A stretch of 33,488 nucleotides of DNA from Bdellovibrionales bacterium (GTDB taxonomy: Bacteria; Bdellovibrionota; Bdellovibrionia; Bdellovibrionales; UBA1609), in NCBI GenBank assembly GCA_041738165.1, contig JBGSQJ010000377.1, positions 1-33,488 on the forward strand. Direction: 5' to 3'. Shown in pieces: positions 26,509 to 33,488 of this stretch (the stretch's first letter is position 1; each line of letters begins with the position of its first letter). Below the pieces are notes generated by a model. It had not been told where the DNA came from. It searched no databases and worked only from the letters and a program-made list of their open reading frames with translations. A program made the translations under genes and the position numbers.

Positions 26509-26898
26509 CTAGCCAGGCCTTTCTGAATTGTCTGCTGGAAATTGAATCTGAAGATCCTCAGGCAGGCCCATGCGATCAACCGTAAAGCGAATCTGCCGCA
26601 CCCATTTTTGACAGAGGTGGCGATTGATTTTTTCTAAAATCGTTTTTTCAAAAAATCGAATTTCTTGCATTCGCGCTGAAGATTTGACCCAAATGTAAAG
26701 CCGCCCACCTTTATAGGCGATGGGCTCTGAATGCTTAGCTAAGCTTTCACCGACGATTTGTCTCCATTGTTGCCAAACCTTCCAACGCATAAACTGATCA
26801 CTCAGTGCCGATTTTCGATTGGTGAGCAGATTCTGCAATACATCAGCAATAGGCTTGAGTTCACTAGGAACCTTTTTCTTCATGATTTTTTTTACCAT
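26509..26898 (-). CDS. DUF721-family protein
   Basis: Core W..IVGE.LAKHSEP....GGRLYIWV.SSA..QE pattern typical of DUF721. The start is uncertain: ATG at 26898 or 26883 is preferred, because the longest ORF (26991) would overlap trmFO. Confidence 0.65.
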   Translation of the reverse strand: MVKKIMKKKVPSELKPIADVLQNLLTNRKSALSDQFMRWKVWQQWRQIVGESLAKHSEPIAYKGGRLYIWVKSSARMQEIRFFEKTILEKINRHLCQKWVRQIRFTVDRMGLPEDLQIQFPADNSERPG

Positions 26899-26962
26899 GG
26901 CCGGTTTTCGGCGTCCACCGCGGTTGACGGGGGACAAGGTGTTCCAGTACCAATGGCGTACA

Positions 26963-28366
26963 ATGTCGCAAAGTTCAACTCGATCTGCCATTACCGTCGT
27001 TGGCGCGGGCCTCGCCGGCTCAGAGTGTGCCTTTCAGCTTGCCGAGATGGGCCATGAGGTCGAACTCATTGAAATGAGAGGAATTCGCTCAACCCCGGCG
27101 CATAAAACGGCTGATTTTGCCGAGCTTGTTTGCTCGAATTCTTTTGGCAGTTTGACAGATTATTCGGCCCCAGGCCAATTGAAGTGGGAAGCCGAGGCGC
27201 TTGGTAGCCTGATACTTAAAATGGCCAAGTCGGCTCAGGTTCCAGCCGGGATGGCCTTGGCTGTGGACCGAGAGCTTTTTGCCAGATCGATCACTGAAGT
27301 TTTGGAATCTCACCCTCGAATTCAAATTCGCCGCCAGGTCGTGAACTCAATAATGGATATTCCCAGACCTGCGGTCATTGCAACTGGCCCATTGACCGAC
27401 TCGAGCCTGGCTCAATCTATGCGCGAGCATTTTGACGAGGAATTTTTATACTTCTTCGATGCAATCGCCCCCATTGTTGATGCCGAATCGATTGATATGA
27501 AGATCGCCTACAAGGGCGACCGCTTTGAAAAAGGTGATCTTGATTACCTCAACTGCCCACTCACCAAGCCGCAATATGACACATTGGTTGAAGAAATTTT
27601 GAATTCTAAAAAAATCGAACCCAAAGACTTCGAAAAAGACACACCCTATTTTGACGGGTGCATGCCGATCGAAGAAATGGCCCGGCGAGGTCAACAAACT
27701 CTTCGCTTCGGCCCTCTCTCCCCAAAGGGACTAAAAAACGGAGAAACTGGTGAGCGTTCGTACGCGGTCGTGCAGCTGAGGCAAGACAACAAACAAGCCA
27801 CCGCCTACAATATGGTCGGATTTCAAACCAAGATGGCGTACGCCGAGCAAGTTAGGATTTTTCGAACCATCCCGGGGCTTGAGAACGCCGAGTTTTTGAA
27901 ATTGGGCAGCGTGCACCGAAATCTCTATATACAATCGCCCAAGAAATTGTCGCCATGGCTCTCGAGCCGCAAAGACCCTCTTTTGTTTTTTGCGGGCCAA
28001 GTTTCAGGCGTAGAAGGCTACTTTGAATCCACCTGTACAGGATTGATGGTCGCACACTTTCTGAATGACACCCTCAAAGGCCAAACGCCTCGCTTGCCTC
28101 ACCGAGCTTCAGCCTTTGGCTCTCTTCTCAATGGGATCACCGAAGACAATGATTTCTTTCAGCCCACCAATATCAATTTCAGTTTGTTCCCGAAAGTCGA
28201 AAAATTGCCTGATGACGGGCCAGCAAAGCGCAAGCGAGCCGATTTCAAACGTGCAAGACGAGATTATCAAATTTCATTGGCGAAATCGGCCATTTTGAAT
28301 TGGAAAACAGAAATTCAAACTGTCTATACCGATCCCGCTCTTCCAACTGAACCGGTACAGATATAA
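26963..28366 (+). CDS. trmFO: Methylenetetrahydrofolate--tRNA-(uracil-5-)-methyltransferase TrmFO
   Basis: N-terminal FAD fold (ITVVGAGLAGSE) and TrmFO/Gid-like sequence throughout. The 48-codon upstream extension in the track looks non-coding. Confidence 0.88.
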   Translation: MSQSSTRSAITVVGAGLAGSECAFQLAEMGHEVELIEMRGIRSTPAHKTADFAELVCSNSFGSLTDYSAPGQLKWEAEALGSLILKMAKSAQVPAGMALAVDRELFARSITEVLESHPRIQIRRQVVNSIMDIPRPAVIATGPLTDSSLAQSMREHFDEEFLYFFDAIAPIVDAESIDMKIAYKGDRFEKGDLDYLNCPLTKPQYDTLVEEILNSKKIEPKDFEKDTPYFDGCMPIEEMARRGQQTLRFGPLSPKGLKNGETGERSYAVVQLRQDNKQATAYNMVGFQTKMAYAEQVRIFRTIPGLENAEFLKLGSVHRNLYIQSPKKLSPWLSSRKDPLLFFAGQVSGVEGYFESTCTGLMVAHFLNDTLKGQTPRLPHRASAFGSLLNGITEDNDFFQPTNINFSLFPKVEKLPDDGPAKRKRADFKRARRDYQISLAKSAILNWKTEIQTVYTDPALPTEPVQI

Positions 28367-28372
28367 AAACGA

Positions 28373-28921
28373 TTACAGCTTGCGACCGGCCATTCCACGA
28401 GGCTTAGAGCCAAGAAAAACACCTTCACCTTTTTCAAACGTCGCAACAACTGGGGGTTCACTTCCATCCAATGCGGTTCGGGTCCAAGTGTATTTGTCTT
28501 TGCCGGTGATATCGACTTCAGAGAAAAAATTTCTATTGAGCAAGTGACGTCCCTGACAATGCGCACCTTCGCAACTCATCAAGACCTGCTCGATGGGATC
28601 GTTACAAAGCAAAAGAGTGAAGCCACTGACTCTGTTTGCCCCCACAATGACCGAGGCGATGTCCTGTGCACAAGCGCTCAAATCTCCACCCGTGCGATTG
28701 TAATGGCCACCCGTGATAAGCTGAGGGCTTTCATGTGAACATAAATTTCCAGAGTTCAGGTCTTCAACGCTGACCTCTTCCATGGAAGTATCCGAGCAAA
28801 TCACATTGAAATTACCATTGGCGGTTTTTTGCACAGATAGAACATGTGAAAATCCAAGTGGTTCAGCATGGGCCGTAGAGGCCAAAAGAAAAATACAAGA
28901 AAACAGTAAACGAATATTCAT
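28373..28921 (-). CDS. Secreted Cys-containing protein, unknown function
   Basis: GGGAGGG ribosome-binding site and a signal peptide (...LLASTAHA/EP). I recognise no family. Confidence 0.6.
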   Translation of the reverse strand: MNIRLLFSCIFLLASTAHAEPLGFSHVLSVQKTANGNFNVICSDTSMEEVSVEDLNSGNLCSHESPQLITGGHYNRTGGDLSACAQDIASVIVGANRVSGFTLLLCNDPIEQVLMSCEGAHCQGRHLLNRNFFSEVDITGKDKYTWTRTALDGSEPPVVATFEKGEGVFLGSKPRGMAGRKL

Positions 28922-29043
28922 ATTCCCTCCCTGGGTTTATTGGCTGGAACATTAAAATGGGCTAGCCCGTAAAGCGTCAACAAAGATTTGCGGACAAATA
29001 ACACGATCTAACGCGAACAGTAGAAACGCGGCTCTCGCTACTC

Positions 29044-30888
29044 CTACTCGACAGTCACTGACTTTGCTAGGTTGCGAGGTTGATCCACGTCATGACCGAG
29101 CGAGGTCGCCACATGATAGGCCATGAGCTGCACGGGCACGACTTCAAGCAGCGGCAGAGTGAACCAGTCAACTTCAGGAAGAGAGATATAATATTTGGAG
29201 ATTTTTTCTAAGTCTGCATTGTGGCCTGTGCCGATCGCGATGATCTGCCCACCGCGCGCACGCGCTTCTTCGAGGTTGCTCATCGATTTTTCGAACAGTT
29301 CATCATGAGGCACAAGCGACACTATACCCATATTCTTGTCGATCAATGCCAAAGGCCCGTGCTTCATCTCGCCAGACGCATAACCCTCGGCGTGCATATA
29401 CGCCAATTCTTTGAGCTTGAGCGCACCTTCGAGTGCGATTGGAAAGTGAACACCTCTGCCCAAATAAAGAAACCCTTTGTGAGACTTCAGTTCTATGGCG
29501 GCGCGCTTGAAGAATTTATCCAGATTCAAAACAGTTTCAATATGTGAGGGAGCGGCCAAGAGTTGCCCCACCAGTTCGGCTTCTACTTCGGGCTTAAGAA
29601 CGCCTTTGGCCTTAGCTAACTCGAGCGCCAAAACATTCAAAATGGCCAACGTGGCTGAAAACGCCTTTGTCGAGGCAACACCAATCTCGGTGCCGGCGTT
29701 CAAATAAAGTCGTCCGGTGGCCTCTCGGTCAATCGAACTTGAGCGCACATTGCAAATGCTCAATACGGGAACGCCTGCGTCCTTCGCTAGTCGAACTGCC
29801 GCAAGCGTATCGGCGGTCTCACCGCTTTGCGAGATAACCACGAATAAAGAATTGGGCGGTAGCACGGGGTAGCGGTAGCGAAATTCGCTTGCAATGTCGC
29901 ACTCCACAGGAATACGGCCCAAACGCTCAATCAGATACTCACCCACTAGACCGGCGTAAAAGGACGTGCCACACGCCACTATGAATACCCGCTCTATTTT
30001 GGCCAAATCTTGAACGGTCAACTCGCCAGCCAATTTCATTTTCACTTTCGATGCCGCGACATCGAGGTGAGGATGCATGGCCGCGGCGACGGCGCGCGGC
30101 TGCTCAAAAATTTCTTTGAGCATGTAGTGAGCAAAGCCGCCTTTTGAAGCTGCTTCTTCACTCCAATCAATAGTGTCGATTTTGGGCTCAATTTTGTGGC
30201 CAGTCCCATCCCATAGCAGAAGCGAGCCTGAATTCATGCACGCCACTTGGTTGTCACCAAGAAATACCACTCTTCTGGTGTAGGGCACCAAAGCCTGAAT
30301 ATCACTGGCCACGTAAATCGACTTGGCTGATTCGTCTTGCGCGAGACCGATGACCAGAGGGGGACCACTTTTAAACGCCACGATGGTTTCAGGTTCACTT
30401 TCACTCACTACCAGCACCGCATAAGCTCCGCGCAATTTAGGACGCACTTTCAATGTGGCTTCTAACAGTGACAATCCCGAATTTACCTCTTTGGCAATGA
30501 GGTGAACAATAATCTCAGAGTCTGTTTCGGATTCAATTTGAACGCCGTCTTTGACCAATTCATTTTTGAGCACGGCGTGATTTTCGATAATTCCATTGTG
30601 AACCAAGCTGATTCCGCCAGCGGTGTGGGGGTGAGCGTTGCGTTCGCTCGGCACACCGTGCGTGGCCCACCTCGTATGACCAATTCCTAAGTGGCCATCA
30701 AAACTCATTTTGTCCATTTTTTCTTCAAGTTTAGCGAGCTTGCCTTCGGCTCGAACTCTCACAAGTTTAGAAGAATTCAAAATGGCGACTCCGGCACTGT
30801 CATAACCGCGATACTCAAGCGCTTTCAGCCCTGTGAGAATGACAGACTTAGGATCCTTCGCTCCATAGTAGCCAACTATCCCGCACAT
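29044..30888 (-). CDS. glmS: Glutamine--fructose-6-phosphate aminotransferase
   Basis: Starts MCGIVGY (Ntn-type Cys2), has two SIS domains, and ends in KSVTVE. The track's 43-codon N-terminal extension overlaps glmU and is rejected. Confidence 0.95.
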   Translation of the reverse strand: MCGIVGYYGAKDPKSVILTGLKALEYRGYDSAGVAILNSSKLVRVRAEGKLAKLEEKMDKMSFDGHLGIGHTRWATHGVPSERNAHPHTAGGISLVHNGIIENHAVLKNELVKDGVQIESETDSEIIVHLIAKEVNSGLSLLEATLKVRPKLRGAYAVLVVSESEPETIVAFKSGPPLVIGLAQDESAKSIYVASDIQALVPYTRRVVFLGDNQVACMNSGSLLLWDGTGHKIEPKIDTIDWSEEAASKGGFAHYMLKEIFEQPRAVAAAMHPHLDVAASKVKMKLAGELTVQDLAKIERVFIVACGTSFYAGLVGEYLIERLGRIPVECDIASEFRYRYPVLPPNSLFVVISQSGETADTLAAVRLAKDAGVPVLSICNVRSSSIDREATGRLYLNAGTEIGVASTKAFSATLAILNVLALELAKAKGVLKPEVEAELVGQLLAAPSHIETVLNLDKFFKRAAIELKSHKGFLYLGRGVHFPIALEGALKLKELAYMHAEGYASGEMKHGPLALIDKNMGIVSLVPHDELFEKSMSNLEEARARGGQIIAIGTGHNADLEKISKYYISLPEVDWFTLPLLEVVPVQLMAYHVATSLGHDVDQPRNLAKSVTVE

Positions 30889-30892
30889 AGAT

Positions 30893-32260
30893 TTACTCTT
30901 TCTTTGCCTTTGGCGTGTAATTCTCTCGCACGATCTGAGGTGACCGAGTGACGGCGAGCGCTCCTGCCGGCACATCTTTGGTGATCGTCGAGCCCGATCC
31001 GATAACGGCCCCATCACCGATCGTGATCGGGGCTATAAACTGAGTGTCGCTTCCCACAAAAACATCTTTGCCAATTTTGGTGACGTATTTTTTTTTGTCA
31101 GTGGCGTAATTGCACGTGATTGTACCGCAACCAATGTTGGTGTTCTCACCGACCTCCGCATCACCCAAATAAGTGAGGTGGTTGGCTTTTGCGCCCTTCG
31201 CAAATTTGACCTTTTTCATCTCGACAAAATTTCCGATTCGGCAATCTTCACCGATCTCGGTTTGCGGCCTCAAGTGGGCATAGGGCCCCATGATGACATT
31301 GTTTGAAACCCGGCTTTCCGAAATGTAGCAGCCCGTGCGCACATGCACCTGATCGCCAATGGTTGAATCGGTAATCATGGTTCCTGGCTCAATCACTGAA
31401 AAATCACCAATTCGTGTTTGACCGCGCAAAAACACGTTGGGATAGAGCACCGAGCCCGCTCCCACTTGCACATCGTCTTCAACATAGGTCGCCTCTGGAT
31501 CGAGCAATATCACTCCCTCATCCAACAGCCGCTCAGCTTTTCTTGCAAAAGCTTGCTTCGTCGCCTTGGCCAGATCTTGTTGACTGTTAACCCCCATAGC
31601 CACGCGCGCGGGAACTTGAATACCTTCAACCCCGAGCCCCGCGGTTACGGTGAGTTCAACAAGATCAGTAAGGTAAAATTCACTTTGCGCATTTTGACTG
31701 GAGATCTCTGGCAAAAAGCGTTTAAGAACATCGGATTTAACAATGTAGATGCCGGTATTGACCTCACGAACTTTTAAAGTTTCAGGGGTTGCATCTTTGG
31801 CTTCAACTATCGCACAAACCCGGCCTTTGGAGCGCACAATGCGTCCGTATTGACCGGGCTCATCTAATTCGCAAGTCAAAACGGCCAGAGCTGAATTTGA
31901 AGAAGAAAACTTCTCAACCGCATCTTTCAAATCTTTGCCTTCAAGTAGCGGATGATCACCATTTAAAATCAACACGTCACCAACAAGAGATTCAGGTTCT
32001 GAAACCCGAACGGCATCGGCGGTTCCACGCGGAGGGTCTTGAACATAGCAAATCGCACCGAGGGGCTCGGCCAATTGACGAATGAGGTCCGCCCCTGCCC
32101 CAATCACGATCCGAACTTCCTGACTACCAGATGCTTTTGCCGCTTGAATCACCCGCCGAATCATCGGCACACCTGCAACTGGGTGCACGACTTTGGCCAG
32201 GCTTGAGCGCATTCTTGTACCACGTCCTGCAGCTAAAATAAGGGTCGAGAATTTTGCCAT
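30893..32260 (-). CDS. glmU: Bifunctional UDP-N-acetylglucosamine pyrophosphorylase / glucosamine-1-phosphate N-acetyltransferase
   Basis: LILAAGRGTRM nucleotidyl-transferase motif, and a C-terminal left-handed beta-helix of hexapeptide repeats. Lies directly upstream of glmS. Confidence 0.93.
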   Translation of the reverse strand: MAKFSTLILAAGRGTRMRSSLAKVVHPVAGVPMIRRVIQAAKASGSQEVRIVIGAGADLIRQLAEPLGAICYVQDPPRGTADAVRVSEPESLVGDVLILNGDHPLLEGKDLKDAVEKFSSSNSALAVLTCELDEPGQYGRIVRSKGRVCAIVEAKDATPETLKVREVNTGIYIVKSDVLKRFLPEISSQNAQSEFYLTDLVELTVTAGLGVEGIQVPARVAMGVNSQQDLAKATKQAFARKAERLLDEGVILLDPEATYVEDDVQVGAGSVLYPNVFLRGQTRIGDFSVIEPGTMITDSTIGDQVHVRTGCYISESRVSNNVIMGPYAHLRPQTEIGEDCRIGNFVEMKKVKFAKGAKANHLTYLGDAEVGENTNIGCGTITCNYATDKKKYVTKIGKDVFVGSDTQFIAPITIGDGAVIGSGSTITKDVPAGALAVTRSPQIVRENYTPKAKKE

Positions 32261-32345
32261 ATCGACTTCGGATTATTCTTTATTTGCAAGGGTTCGGCAA
32301 CGCCGCAGCGCAAACTCCTAGTGACGTCCCAAGCCAGCTGAACTA

Positions 32346-33035
32346 ATGTTTAAAGAGATGATCCACCTACCCAATTGGTCTCAAACAGACACCGGAACCC
32401 CGATTGAACTTTCGGCCTCACACCGCCTCGAAGAGCTGCGCCAGATGAGCCCGATCTTGTTGATCGGAGGAGTTCATGGCGATGAGCCCTTGGGCGTCGA
32501 ACTGGCGCGAAAGACGCTTGAATTTCTAATTGAAAAAACAAAATCACAACCTCAAAGTGTGGTGCCATGGGCATTGATACCCGTGCTCAACATCGATGGT
32601 TTCAAACGTGACACTCGGGTCAATGCCCGGGGCGTGGATCTCAATCGAAACTACCCCGCACGCTCTTGGAGCCCTGAAGCTGCTAAAAAAAGATACAATC
32701 CTGGGCCAAGTCCTGCCAGTGAAAATGAAATTAAGAGTCTGGTGGCTTTGATTGAAATGATCAAACCTCGACTTTTGATTCACTGTCACTCATGGCACCC
32801 CATGGTTGTGTGCGCTGGTGAGCCTGGGATGAAAGCGGCCGAAGCCCTTGGCCAGTCGAGTGGATACAAAGTGGTACCTGAGATTGGCTACCCCACTCCC
32901 GGTTCGCTCAGTCAGTATGGATGGGCCGACCATCAAATTCCTGTGATCTGCATTGAAGAAGATGACGACGCCAAAGCCGCCGAAGTGTGGCCGCGTTTTT
33001 CAAAAGGTATGGCGCAAGTTTTTAGCGCGACCTAA
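32346..33035 (+). CDS. M14-family zinc carboxypeptidase-like protein (MpaA / murein peptide amidase-like)
   Basis: HGDE zinc motif (GGVHGDEPLG), NIDGF...NARGVDLNRNYP, and a later His in LIHCHSWH. Confidence 0.75.
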   Translation: MFKEMIHLPNWSQTDTGTPIELSASHRLEELRQMSPILLIGGVHGDEPLGVELARKTLEFLIEKTKSQPQSVVPWALIPVLNIDGFKRDTRVNARGVDLNRNYPARSWSPEAAKKRYNPGPSPASENEIKSLVALIEMIKPRLLIHCHSWHPMVVCAGEPGMKAAEALGQSSGYKVVPEIGYPTPGSLSQYGWADHQIPVICIEEDDDAKAAEVWPRFSKGMAQVFSAT

Positions 33036-33089
33036 GGCTCTATGGACCTTCCGCCCTTCCCGATTTTTTCGCTATAATAAAAACCAAAT

Positions 33090-33488
33090 ATGCAAACCCA
33101 TTGTGGTGTTCTCTTGATTCAGCCCTCTAGGTCGCTGCAGACCAAACTCGATACGGAGCGAGCCGATAGCTTGGATGAACTCGACTCTCTCTTATCGGCC
33201 GGCCCGCCACAGGTGGTGGTTTTCGAGCCTGCAACCTTAAAAAAATTGAGTGGCTACACCAAGCTGCTAAAAGAAAAAGCCCCCTCGGCAAAGTGGGTGG
33301 TTTTGCAAAATGGATTTCCAGCCGGCCCCTTGATCGAGTGGCACAATGAGGGATTTTTGAGTCAAACGGCTCAGTCTTGGCTGGACCCATCACTTGATTT
33401 GAAAGTTCAAAATGCACTCGAAGAAGTGGGCGCCGAATTACAAGAGCTTAAGTTGGTCGATCTGTTCAACGAACAATCTCTGCGCCTA
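33090..33488 (+). CDS. Hypothetical protein, 3'-truncated by the window end; N-terminus vaguely receiver-like
   Basis: ATG at 33090 opens a frame that stays open for 133 codons to the window edge. It is absent from the track because it has no stop. There is an in-frame TAA 12 nt upstream, no Shine-Dalgarno, and TATAAT at 33073-33078. Confidence 0.5.
   Translation, partial: MQTHCGVLLIQPSRSLQTKLDTERADSLDELDSLLSAGPPQVVVFEPATLKKLSGYTKLLKEKAPSAKWVVLQNGFPAGPLIEWHNEGFLSQTAQSWLDPSLDLKVQNALEEVGAELQELKLVDLFNEQSLRL

Noticed and set aside
26819-26991. Overlapping long 5' extensions of trmFO (from 26819) and the DUF721 gene (to 26991)
   Set aside because: The extensions are mutual antisense of each other and lack family-like sequence. 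The conserved N-termini begin at 26963 (trmFO) and about 26898 (DUF721). The DUF721 start remains uncertain.
30889-31017. 43-codon N-terminal extension of glmS in the ORF track
   Set aside because: GlmS must begin with Met-Cys (MCGIVGY) for Ntn amidotransferase chemistry. The extension overlaps the 3' end of glmU.
1-33488. CRISPR arrays, tandem DNA repeats longer than 6 nt, rRNA/tRNA genes, and defence, toxin-antitoxin, reverse-transcriptase, integrase or phage modules
   Set aside because: None seen on visual inspection. The only dispersed repeat is the transposase-element pair and the only tandem repeats are the hexamers at 1511-1557. A computational repeat or ncRNA scan could still find things I missed.

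Overview
Most of this window is core chromosome. The gene content suggests a flagellated deltaproteobacterium-like or Bdellovibrio-like organism, but that is a guess I cannot verify here. The central block is one tightly packed minus-strand flagellar unit (about 23.5 kb down to 7.6 kb). In transcription order it is: AMIN+TPR secreted protein, receiver-less sigma-54 activator, flgB, flgC, fliE, fliF, fliG, fliH, fliI, fliJ, ylxF/MotE-like, fliK, flgD, small flagellar-operon protein, flgE. A well-placed sigma-54 -24/-12 motif sits upstream and an intrinsic terminator sits downstream. Housekeeping genes flank it: HU and pfkA on the left; on the right a lipoprotein-mlaE-mlaF-mlaD operon, a DUF721 gene, trmFO, glmU-glmS, an M14 MpaA-like peptidase and a partial 3' ORF. 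The left end holds a truncated beta-barrel OMP gene, a SET-domain methyltransferase and a Q/N/W/Y-rich lipoprotein. The only accessory-looking stretch is about 3.5-7.7 kb, between pfkA and the flagellar terminator. It contains a Y1/HUH (IS200/RAYT-like) transposase gene, an internally deleted in-frame twin of that element in direct orientation, and four orphan secreted or lipoprotein genes. Two secreted-protein genes each carry a single in-frame stop (TAG 325-327, TGA 7131-7133), and the reading frame stays open past both. I found no CRISPR array, tRNA, rRNA, or recognisable defence, toxin-antitoxin or reverse-transcriptase module. I cannot honestly point to a clear undescribed multi-gene system. 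The most distinctive items are the deleted-twin transposase arrangement and the sigma-54 / receiver-less activator / AMIN-TPR head of the flagellar operon. All family assignments rest on motif recognition by eye, without database searches.
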